Origin: Candidatus Omnitrophota bacterium | GTDB taxonomy: Bacteria > Omnitrophota > Gorgyraeia > Gygaellales > Profunditerraquicolaceae | Length of the DNA stretch: 64,000 nt | NCBI GenBank assembly: GCA_030650425.1 | Contig: JAUSED010000005.1 | Span: 206,932-270,931 of the forward strand | Direction of reading: 5' to 3' | Shown: in pieces, positions 7,317 through 15,198 of the stretch | How positions within the stretch are numbered: the first letter of the stretch is position 1 | How the letters are laid out: each line of letters opens with the position of its first letter | The notes under the pieces: generated by a model | What the model was told of the DNA's origin: nothing | Databases searched by the model: none | The model's input: the letters and a program-made list of their open reading frames with translations, nothing else | Translations under genes and position numbers: made by a program

Positions 7317-8750
7317 GTGTACGCATTATTAGTTTTAGTCCCATTCTTTAGCCTTCTTGCCTTGAATCTTCCTTTTAGGGAACTGAATAGAAGGCTGGCC
7401 TTTGGCTTTGCCGCCATTTTATTTTTGCTGCAAATGGGCCTCGTATTTATTCCGGATGTTTATTTTTGGAGAGTGCACTTATCTTTCTTCGCTAATATTT
7501 TCCACTTTCAGCTGGCCGCGGATATTTTAAGTAAAGTTGTCTTGTTCTGCATTGGTTTGGTTTCTTTGACGGCCTTATGCGTTTCCCGTTCGTTGATCAA
7601 AGAATCCGAGGAAAGGTTTAATTTTATCAATATTATTTTACTGGCGGTAGCAGGGATGAACGGCGTAGCCTTAGCGCAGGATATATTCTCTCTTTACGTA
7701 TTTTTGGAGATTACCGCGGTTTCATCTTTCATTCTGATCGCGTTTGAAAAGGATATATTGGGATTGGAAAGCTCTTTTAAATACATTGTTCTTTCTGCTG
7801 TGGCTACAGTTCTGATGATCGCCGGTATTGCTATATTAATGTTCATTGCCGGAAGCACGAATTTCTCGGTCATCCATTCCGCGCTCTTAAGCCAGAACAG
7901 GAACCTCTTGCTCAGTCTGTCTATAGGGCTATTTCTTTCGGCGCTATTTATTAAGGCCGGGCTGATGCCTTTTCATGGCTGGCTTCCTGACGCTTATACT
8001 GCGGCGCCAGCCCCGGTATCGATATTCTTGGCAGGTATTGTGACTAAAGTTGCCGGGGTCTATTGTTTGATCAGGATAATCTTATCCGTCATCGGTTTTA
8101 ATGATCAATTAAAAGGTATTCTTTTATTAGTCGGAGCTTTCTCGGCTATTTTTGGCGCGCTTAGCGCCCTTACGCAAAGCGATTTTAAGAGGATGCTTAG
8201 CTATTCCAGTATTAGTCAAATCGGTTATATTATATTAGGTTTAGGGAGCGGTACAGCTTTAGGGGTTGCCGGCGCGACCTTACATATTTTTAATCACGCG
8301 GTATTCAAATCGCTCCTTTTCGTAAATTCCGCGGCAGTAGAGAGCCAGACAGGTTCAAGAGATATAGATAAGATGAACGGTTTAGCTAAGCAGATGCCTT
8401 GGACGAGCTTAACCTCGATTTTAGGGAGTTTATCCTGCGCGGGCATTCCGCCTCTGGCCGGATTTTGGAGCAAGCTGGTGATCATCATCGCGCTCTGGCT
8501 GGCCGGTTATAAGATTTACGCGGTGATCGCGGTATTGGGAAGCCTGTTGACCTTAGCCTATTTTTTGGCCCTGCAAAGGAAACTTTTCTTTGCTCAGCCA
8601 AATGATGAATTCAAGAATATTAAAGAAGCCGGGTTTGGCCTCATCTTTCCCGCGTTTTTCCTCGCGGCTTTGATTGTGGGTGCAGGGATATTATCTCCCT
8701 GGATACTCAGTAACTTTATTTTAGGTTTTAATTCACTAGTAGGAGGTTAG
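7317..8750 (+). CDS. Mrp/NuoN/M-family antiporter-like subunit 3
   Basis: 'GWLPDAYTAAPAP' motif; GTG start with RBS CAGGAGAAAA. Confidence 0.8.
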   Translation: MYALLVLVPFFSLLALNLPFRELNRRLAFGFAAILFLLQMGLVFIPDVYFWRVHLSFFANIFHFQLAADILSKVVLFCIGLVSLTALCVSRSLIKESEERFNFINIILLAVAGMNGVALAQDIFSLYVFLEITAVSSFILIAFEKDILGLESSFKYIVLSAVATVLMIAGIAILMFIAGSTNFSVIHSALLSQNRNLLLSLSIGLFLSALFIKAGLMPFHGWLPDAYTAAPAPVSIFLAGIVTKVAGVYCLIRIILSVIGFNDQLKGILLLVGAFSAIFGALSALTQSDFKRMLSYSSISQIGYIILGLGSGTALGVAGATLHIFNHAVFKSLLFVNSAAVESQTGSRDIDKMNGLAKQMPWTSLTSILGSLSCAGIPPLAGFWSKLVIIIALWLAGYKIYAVIAVLGSLLTLAYFLALQRKLFFAQPNDEFKNIKEAGFGLIFPAFFLAALIVGAGILSPWILSNFILGFNSLVGG

Positions 8751-8751
8751 T

Positions 8752-9246
8752 TTGTTGCTGGAGTTATTGATATTAATATTATTAGTTAGCGCGGGGTTAT
8801 GGACAGTGATGACCCGGAGCCTTTTACGTTCGGCTATGGGCTTGGCCTTAGCCAGCGCGATCCTAACTATAGTCATGTTTAGAATGAACGCTAATATAGC
8901 GGGTGTTTTCGAATTATCGGTCTGCGCGGGATTAATCCCGGTTTTATTTATCAGCGTGATTAGCCTTACCCAGCCAATGACCTTTAAAGAGGCATCCGAC
9001 CATATGAAAGAAAGATTACATCGTTTCTGGGGCCTGCCCTTAATCGTGGTTGTTTTAGGAGTAACGCTTGCTTTGGTGAGTTTTAAATATAAGGTTACAC
9101 CGGCAGCGATTCAGGAGGGAAAACCGGATGTGCGTTTTATCTTATGGCATTTAAAGCAATTTGATTTACTGGGACAGATCATCATACTTTTTACCGGAGT
9201 GTTTGGCGTGGCGATCTTATTTAAGGAAAGGAATAAGCGTGGCTAA
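8752..9246 (+). CDS. MnhB/MrpB-like small membrane subunit
   Basis: 164-aa hydrophobic protein; TTG start with a strong RBS (TAGGAGGTTAG); position in the operon. Confidence 0.5.
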   Translation: MLLELLILILLVSAGLWTVMTRSLLRSAMGLALASAILTIVMFRMNANIAGVFELSVCAGLIPVLFISVISLTQPMTFKEASDHMKERLHRFWGLPLIVVVLGVTLALVSFKYKVTPAAIQEGKPDVRFILWHLKQFDLLGQIIILFTGVFGVAILFKERNKRG

Positions 9247-9532
9247 CGCGATTACGGTGATTTTACTTTTTATTATCGGTATCTATTGTATCTTGGTGAG
9301 CCATAATTTAATCCGCGTCTTAATCGGATTAGAGATCCTGATTAAGGCGGTTACGCTTTTAGTTATATTTTGCGGTTATCAAACCCAAAACACAGCTTTA
9401 GCCCAAGCGCTGGTGATTACTATTATTGTCATTGAAGTAGTAATGATGACTGTGGCAGCAGGGGTGGTGGTGGGTATCCATCGCCAGAATAATTCGCTGG
9501 ACGCGCGAAATATAAGAAAATTGAAAGGATAA
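9239..9532 (+). CDS. NuoK/MrpC-like subunit
   Basis: ~97 aa with 3 TM helices. GTG start at 9239 preceded by AAGGAAAGGAAT; the tracked ORF begins at 9161 and overlaps the previous gene. Confidence 0.55.
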   Translation: MANAITVILLFIIGIYCILVSHNLIRVLIGLEILIKAVTLLVIFCGYQTQNTALAQALVITIIVIEVVMMTVAAGVVVGIHRQNNSLDARNIRKLKG

Positions 9533-9538
9533 CCTCTA

Positions 9539-9871
9539 ATGGGGAATTTACTGGTTAGCCCGCCGGTTGTTTTTACCATAATCTTGGCCTTACTTTTTCT
9601 CTTAAACCGTTTATGCGCGGGAATAGCCTTTCATTCCGATAAGAATCAAGCGAGCTGTTGTAAATCTTACGCCTGCGGAGAGAATAATTTCAACAGCAAT
9701 GCCCAGCCGGATTACAGTCTTTTTTTTCCTTTCGCCTTTTTCTTTACCTTAGCGCATGTGGCCACCTTGATGATTACTACTATTCCTTTTATCGACGCCG
9801 GCGCGCTGATGATAGCGATGTTTTATATTATCAGTGGGATTATCGGGTTGTATATATTATTAAGGAAATAG
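9539..9871 (+). CDS. Small membrane subunit of the hydrogenase module (function unclear; NuoA/MbhI-like position)
   Basis: 110-aa ORF with two hydrophobic segments and a Cys-rich loop. Assigned by operon context only. Confidence 0.35.
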   Translation: MGNLLVSPPVVFTIILALLFLLNRLCAGIAFHSDKNQASCCKSYACGENNFNSNAQPDYSLFFPFAFFFTLAHVATLMITTIPFIDAGALMIAMFYIISGIIGLYILLRK

Positions 9872-9891
9872 AAAAAGGTGACAGATAGAAT

Positions 9892-10341
9892 ATGATGAAT
9901 TTAACTAAAAAGATAATTACTTGGGCGAGAATCAAATCTCCATGGATCTTACACTTTAATACCGGGGCTTGCAATGCCTGCGACATTGAAATTATTGCCG
10001 CCTTAACGCCGCGCTATGACTTGGAGCGTTTCGGGGTTTTACTCAAAGGCTCGCCGCGCCACGCGGATGTATTGGTTTGTTCCGGGCCGGTGACTAAGCA
10101 GATAGAAGAGAGGTTATGCCGGATTTATGAACAGATGCCTGAGCCGAAATTTGTGGTGGCTGTCGGCGCCTGCGCCTGTTCCGGAGGAGTGAATAAAGGT
10201 TGTTATAATGTTGCCGAGGGGATAGATAAGGTTATTCCTGTTTCAGCGTATATCCCGGGTTGCCCGGCCAGCCCTAAGGCGATTATCGATGGCGTGGTTA
10301 AGCTTTTAGCCAGCCTTGAAGAGAAAGAAGCTAAAAAATAG
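9892..10341 (+). CDS. [NiFe]-hydrogenase small subunit / NuoB-like (proximal 4Fe-4S)
   Basis: Four conserved Cys: 'GACNACD', 'GACACSGG', 'GCPASP'. NuoB/MbhJ/EchC-family size of 149 aa. Confidence 0.85.
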   Translation: MMNLTKKIITWARIKSPWILHFNTGACNACDIEIIAALTPRYDLERFGVLLKGSPRHADVLVCSGPVTKQIEERLCRIYEQMPEPKFVVAVGACACSGGVNKGCYNVAEGIDKVIPVSAYIPGCPASPKAIIDGVVKLLASLEEKEAKK

Positions 10342-10353
10342 CGGGAGGTAACG

Positions 10354-10833
10354 ATGTCCCAAGAAGAAAAAATCAAAGAAAACCTAATCAGTAAATTCAG
10401 CTATCTTGATAATTCTATCAACTTAGTCCGGCCGCGGCGCATCTCTATTGAGGTCGGTTTGGATAATTTTTTAGCGGTCTTCGCGTATTTAGCTAAGGAT
10501 ATGCAATTTTCGCATCTATGCACGATCACCGGTTTAGATGAGCAGGAAAGATTGGGATTCATTTATCATTTGGCCGGCGCAGGCGGAGTGATGATAAATT
10601 TAAAGACCAGCGTGCCAAAAGCGAAGCCTTTGATTAAAAGTGTTACGGCTTATTTTCCCGGAGCTGAAATTTATGAAAGGGAATTGGTGGATTTATTCGG
10701 GGCAAAGGTTGAAGGCCTTCCACCCGGGCATCGTTATCCTCTGACTGATGATTGGCCTGCTGGCCAGCATCCTTTGAGAAAAGATTGGAGACCCAATCCT
10801 GATATAGGAAAGGAGGCGGGTAAAGATGCATAA
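10354..10833 (+). CDS. NuoC/30-kDa-subunit-like hydrogenase component (MbhK/EchD-like)
   Basis: 159 aa, position between the small and large subunits, and the 'ERxxxDxxGxxxxGxP'-like C-terminal motif (ERELVDLFGAKVEGLPPGHRYP). Confidence 0.7.
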   Translation: MSQEEKIKENLISKFSYLDNSINLVRPRRISIEVGLDNFLAVFAYLAKDMQFSHLCTITGLDEQERLGFIYHLAGAGGVMINLKTSVPKAKPLIKSVTAYFPGAEIYERELVDLFGAKVEGLPPGHRYPLTDDWPAGQHPLRKDWRPNPDIGKEAGKDA

Positions 10834-12061
10834 TTCAGAAGAGTTTAGGATTCCTATCGGTCCGCAGCATCCGGCATTAAAAGAGCCGGAGGGTTTTAGC
10901 GTAGCTCTTAAAGGCGAAAAAATCTTAGGCGTAGATATCCGTTTAGGTTACAATCACCGCGGGATAGAAAAAGCTGCTGAAGAGAGAAGCTATATACAGG
11001 ACATCTATCTTATTGAACGCGTCTGCGGCATATGTTCGCATTCGCACTCTACTTGTTTTGTTCAGACAGTTGAGGAGATTGCCGGTTTAACCGTTCCGGC
11101 CAGAGCGCTTTATATCCGCACGATTATCGCGGAATTAGAGAGGGTGCACAGCCATCTTTTGTGGCTGGGTGTAGCCGGACATGAAATTGGTTTTGATACT
11201 TTACTCATGTATTCCTGGCGGGATAGAGAAGTGGTGATGGATATTTTGGCGCTGGTTACCGGGAACAGGGTAAACTATGGTATGAATACTATTGGCGGAG
11301 TGCGCCGGGATATCAGCCTCCAACAGGCCCAAGAGATACTCAAAGCCATGGATATCTTGGAGGAGAGGACAAAATATTATATTGAAGTTGCTACCAACGA
11401 GACGACTATAATTAAAAGATTGTCAGGGGTAGGGGTTTTATCCCGCGAAGATGTTTTACTACTGGATGCGGTTGGGCCGACTGCCCGCGCCTCCGGGGTT
11501 AAGCGCGATGTGCGGGTTGATGATCCCTATGCCGCCTATGGGGAGCTCACCTTTAACGTGATTACCGATGATCATTGCGATGTTTACGGCAGGACAGTGG
11601 TCCGGGTTAAAGAACTTTTGGAATCCTACAAAATAATCCGGCAGGCGCTTAAGAATTTACCCGCTGGACCGATAGCGATCAGGGCTCCGCGCAAGATTCC
11701 GGCGGGTGAGGCCTTAGGCCGTTACGAAGCTCCACGCGGCGAAGATGTGCATTATGTCAAATCCAATGGCACTGAGAAGCCGGAGAGGGTTAAAATCAGG
11801 GCGCCTACTTTAGCCAATGTTCAGGCGGTAAAGCATATGCTGCGCGACAGGTTTTTAGCGGATATGCCGATAGTCGTCGCGGCGATTGATCCTTGTTTTT
11901 CCTGTACTGACCGTATGGTTAGATTAGCAGAGCAGGGGAGCGATAAATCCAAGATAATCAGTTGGCCTAGCCTGCACGCTTATAGTATAGAATGGCATAA
12001 AAAGCAGGGTATAGATTTTAGCGAACTTAATAAGAAGCTGGCAGCGAGGTTAGCGAGATAA
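10826..12061 (+). CDS. Group-4 [NiFe]-hydrogenase large subunit (NuoD-like; MbhL/EchE-type)
   Basis: N-terminal 'RVCGICSHSH' (RxCGxCxxxH) and C-terminal 'DPCFSCTDR' (DPCxxCxxR) Ni-Fe ligand motifs are both intact. Confidence 0.85.
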   Translation: MHNSEEFRIPIGPQHPALKEPEGFSVALKGEKILGVDIRLGYNHRGIEKAAEERSYIQDIYLIERVCGICSHSHSTCFVQTVEEIAGLTVPARALYIRTIIAELERVHSHLLWLGVAGHEIGFDTLLMYSWRDREVVMDILALVTGNRVNYGMNTIGGVRRDISLQQAQEILKAMDILEERTKYYIEVATNETTIIKRLSGVGVLSREDVLLLDAVGPTARASGVKRDVRVDDPYAAYGELTFNVITDDHCDVYGRTVVRVKELLESYKIIRQALKNLPAGPIAIRAPRKIPAGEALGRYEAPRGEDVHYVKSNGTEKPERVKIRAPTLANVQAVKHMLRDRFLADMPIVVAAIDPCFSCTDRMVRLAEQGSDKSKIISWPSLHAYSIEWHKKQGIDFSELNKKLAARLAR

Positions 12062-12063
12062 TT

Positions 12064-13005
12064 ATGTTAGGGGAGCTTTTTTACATATTTATATTTCCGG
12101 GATTTATTTTCCTGATTATTTTTAGCTTGACCGCGGAATTTATCGACCGCAAGATTTACGCCCGGCTGCAGAATAGGGTTGGGCCTCCCTGGTTTCAACC
12201 TTGGGCTGATTTTATCAAGTTGTTAGCTAAGGAAGATATTGTTCCGGCCGAATCTAATCCAAAGATGTTTAAGGTAGCTCCGATATTTGCCTTGGCCGCG
12301 GCAATAAGCGCGTTTCTTTATATCCCTCTCTGGAAGACGGACGCGTTATTTTCTTTTAATGGCGATTTGATCGTCGTCCTTTATCTGTTGACCCTGCCTA
12401 CACTAGCGTTTTTTATCGGAGGTTGGTATTCTACTTCGCTCTATTCCCGGATCGGTTCGGTGCGTTGTATGACTCAACTCTTTGCTTATGAAGTCCCTCT
12501 TTTTATGGGCATTCTTTCTTCGGCCTTATTGGCGGATAGCTGGTCATTAAAAGGAATCGCGGTTTTTTATATGGCTCATCCCTGGTTTTGGCTATTTAAC
12601 TTGGCCGGCTTTAGCGTATCTCTAATCAGTTTGTTGGGTAAACTGGAGAAAGTTCCTTTTGATATTCCTGAGGCAGAGACAGAAGTAGTTGCCGGAGCGT
12701 TTACCGAATATAGCGGCAGGATGCTCGCTTTTTTAAGGATGACCTTAGACATAGAATTGGTTACCGGAAGCGCGCTTTTAGCTTTAGTCTTCTTTCCTTT
12801 TGCTCTTAATGTTCATCCGGCTCTGGGGTTCGTAATTTTTATGATCAAAATTCTCTTTATCGTAAGTTTAATCGCGTTGCTGCGCACGGTGGTCGCCCGC
12901 TTGCGCATCGACCAGATGATTGATTTCTGCTGGAAATTCCTGGTTCCGCTTGCTGCCACGCAACTTTTACTAAATCTTATGTTGAAAGGAATGTTTTTAA
13001 GATGA
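12064..13005 (+). CDS. NuoH-like membrane anchor subunit (MbhM/EchB/HyfC-type)
   Basis: 313-aa polytopic protein with a NuoH/ND1-like pattern; position in the operon. Confidence 0.8.
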   Translation: MLGELFYIFIFPGFIFLIIFSLTAEFIDRKIYARLQNRVGPPWFQPWADFIKLLAKEDIVPAESNPKMFKVAPIFALAAAISAFLYIPLWKTDALFSFNGDLIVVLYLLTLPTLAFFIGGWYSTSLYSRIGSVRCMTQLFAYEVPLFMGILSSALLADSWSLKGIAVFYMAHPWFWLFNLAGFSVSLISLLGKLEKVPFDIPEAETEVVAGAFTEYSGRMLAFLRMTLDIELVTGSALLALVFFPFALNVHPALGFVIFMIKILFIVSLIALLRTVVARLRIDQMIDFCWKFLVPLAATQLLLNLMLKGMFLR

Positions 13006-13367
13006 GGCCGGGAAAGATGTTAAGAGAGGTGCTCGGGTCTATTTTTAAGAAACCGGCCACGAATTTATACCCGGCGCAAAAATTAGAGATGCCGGATAAA
13101 TTCCGCGGCAAACTTAAATTTTATCCTGAGAAATGTATCGGTTGCAAGATGTGCATGCGCGACTGCCCGACTAACGCCATCACTATCAATAAAATCGCTG
13201 AAAATAAGTTTGAGGCGGTTTTTGATTTAAGCCGCTGTATATATTGCGCGCAGTGCGTGGATTCCTGTCCCAAGAAGGCGCTGGAACCGACTAAAGATGT
13301 AGAGCTGGCCCAGTTGGATAAGAATAAACTGCGAGTGGTTTTTTCATATAAAGAAAAGAGCAGGTAA
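13002..13367 (+). CDS. NuoI-like 2x[4Fe-4S] ferredoxin subunit (MbhN/EchF-type)
   Basis: Two CxxCxxCxxxCP motifs: CIGCKMCMRDCP and CIYCAQCVDSCP. Confidence 0.85.
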   Translation: MRPGKMLREVLGSIFKKPATNLYPAQKLEMPDKFRGKLKFYPEKCIGCKMCMRDCPTNAITINKIAENKFEAVFDLSRCIYCAQCVDSCPKKALEPTKDVELAQLDKNKLRVVFSYKEKSR

Positions 13368-13380
13368 AATAAAGAAGTCA

Positions 13381-13450
13381 TTGCGAGGCGAAGCCGAAGC
13401 AATCCCTGGGAAAACGAGATTGCTTCGCCACTGCGTGGCTCGCAATCAGA
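13381..13450. repeat. Palindromic element family G copy 1 (…GCGAGGCGAAGCCGAAGCAATC…GATTGCTTCGCC…GCTCGCAA…), intergenic after the hydrogenase operon
   Basis: Long inverted repeat; member of the 'GTCATTGCGAGCGAAGCGAAGCAATC' family seen at four sites. Confidence 0.75.
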
Positions 13451-13466
13451 CGGGCGGAATTAATTA

Positions 13467-14063
13467 ATGAACTACTCAAGTTTGTTACATAACGATATGA
13501 CAGGATTACTCGCTAAGCTCGGAGATTTAGGCGTTTTTATAGCCATGTTCCTGGAGTCATGCATCGCGCCTATACCTTCGGAAGTAATCATCATCAGCGC
13601 CGGCGCAATCGGGTTCCCTTTAGCTTCAGTGGTTATTTTTGGTTCGTTAGGCTCGACTTTGGGGGCAATGGTGGGATACGCGTTAGGAAGATATGCCGCT
13701 ATGCCGGTATTATTGAAATTCGGCAGGTTCATTCTGATTAAACCGCACCATATTTATAAAGCGGAAGAATTCGCCAAAAAATACGGGGTGGCCAGCGTCT
13801 TTATTGGGAGGGTCCTTCCGATAATTCCCTTTAAGGTTTTTTCGATTGCCGCGGGGATTACCCATATTCCGTTTACGCCGTTTGTATTCTGCACCCTGCT
13901 TGGTGTTGTGCCGAGAATATTCCTCTTGGCTCTTTTTGGCGCGGCGATCGTCAAATATACAAAGGTAGTCTTTATTTTAATAATTTTTGCCGTACTGATA
14001 TTTTTGGCGCATAGGATATTACGTTATATTTATGGTGTAGGAAAGCATAAAACACTTTCCTAA
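13467..14063 (+). CDS. DedA/VTT-domain (SNARE-associated) family membrane protein
   Basis: 198-aa membrane protein with the typical DedA pattern (…FLESCIAPIPSEVII…GRVLPIIPF…). Confidence 0.65.
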   Translation: MNYSSLLHNDMTGLLAKLGDLGVFIAMFLESCIAPIPSEVIIISAGAIGFPLASVVIFGSLGSTLGAMVGYALGRYAAMPVLLKFGRFILIKPHHIYKAEEFAKKYGVASVFIGRVLPIIPFKVFSIAAGITHIPFTPFVFCTLLGVVPRIFLLALFGAAIVKYTKVVFILIIFAVLIFLAHRILRYIYGVGKHKTLS

Positions 14064-14158
14064 CCACTGAAACTTCATAAGGAAAGTTTTGAATCCCGCC
14101 TTTAGCGGGATGAAGTTTCTTGAGCGAAGAAAGAAAATAATATTAAGGGAGGTTCCCA

Positions 14159-14776
14159 ATGACTATCTGGCAGATGCTTAAAAGCGGCGGCCTAACCATT
14201 TATATACTTTTAGCCTGTTCGGTTCTATCGCTGGCCATCATTATCGAGAGGTATATTTATTATCGCCGAAGGTCCAGGGCCAAGAGGGCGCCTTTCATGT
14301 CCAAGATAAGTAAGGATTTGGAGAAAGGGAATCTGGTAAAAGCTTTGGATGCCTGTAAAAATATAGATACTCCATTTTCCAATGTCGTCTATTCAGGCCT
14401 TAATTTATCCGGGCACAACGAGATGCTCATCTCCAATACTATGGAGCGGGAAATAAGCATTGAGACGATCAAATTAGAAAAATATACGAGTATCGTAGGC
14501 ACAATCGGAAGCACCGCTGTCTATATCGGCCTCTTCGGGACGGTCTTGGGAATTATCCGCGCCTTTCACGATATTGCCGCGGCCGGCTCCGGAGGGATAA
14601 GTGTGGTAATTAGCGGCATATCCGAATCACTGGCTTGTACAGCTATGGGTTTATGCGTGGCTGTTCCGGCGGTGATTGCCTATAATTATTTTATCAAGAA
14701 GATCGATAATTTTATTACCGATATGGAATTGTGCGCTTCCGAGACAATGGATCTGTTGACTGTTAAGCAGAAATGA
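14159..14776 (+). CDS. MotA/TolQ/ExbB-family proton channel protein
   Basis: 3 TM helices plus a conserved C-terminal channel region (…FGTVLGIIRAFHDIA…LACTAMGLCVAVPAVIAYNYF). Confidence 0.75.
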   Translation: MTIWQMLKSGGLTIYILLACSVLSLAIIIERYIYYRRRSRAKRAPFMSKISKDLEKGNLVKALDACKNIDTPFSNVVYSGLNLSGHNEMLISNTMEREISIETIKLEKYTSIVGTIGSTAVYIGLFGTVLGIIRAFHDIAAAGSGGISVVISGISESLACTAMGLCVAVPAVIAYNYFIKKIDNFITDMELCASETMDLLTVKQK

Positions 14777-15180
14777 ATCTACGCGCCCACAAACAAAGAT
14801 TAATTGCTGAAATAAATATTACCCCTTTTACCGACGTCATTTTGGTTTTATTGATTATCTTTATGATCACGACGCCTTTAATACTTCAATCAAGCCTTAA
14901 GGTAAACCTGCCGCGGGCTGAGAGCGCTTCCGCGGTAAAAGAGATGGGGCCGGTTAATATCATCATCACCAATGAAGGCACCGTATATCTGGACGGAGCG
15001 ATGGTTACCCGTAGAGAACTAAGAGAAAGGATTAATAGCAGGCATAGGAATGATCCGAACTTAGCCGTGGTTGTAAGTTCCGACAGGCTCGTTCGTTTTA
15101 AGGATATCGTGGATATCCTGGATATTTTAAATACAGTAGGTATAAAAAATCTTAATATCGCGGCAACAAACGATAAATAG
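14773..15180 (+). CDS. ExbD/TolR-family protein
   Basis: 135 aa, a single N-terminal TM helix (ITPFTDVILVLLIIFMITTP), and overlap-coupled to the ExbB-like gene. Confidence 0.7.
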   Translation: MNLRAHKQRLIAEINITPFTDVILVLLIIFMITTPLILQSSLKVNLPRAESASAVKEMGPVNIIITNEGTVYLDGAMVTRRELRERINSRHRNDPNLAVVVSSDRLVRFKDIVDILDILNTVGIKNLNIAATNDK

Positions 15181-15198
15181 GAAAGGAGAACTTGTAAA

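Noticed and set aside
9892-13367. Interpretation as respiratory complex I (nuoBCDHI)
   Set aside because: The NuoD homologue retains both Ni-Fe-binding CxxC pairs. No NuoE/F/G (NADH module) genes are present. The membrane arm is Mrp-like. This fits a group-4 hydrogenase, not complex I.
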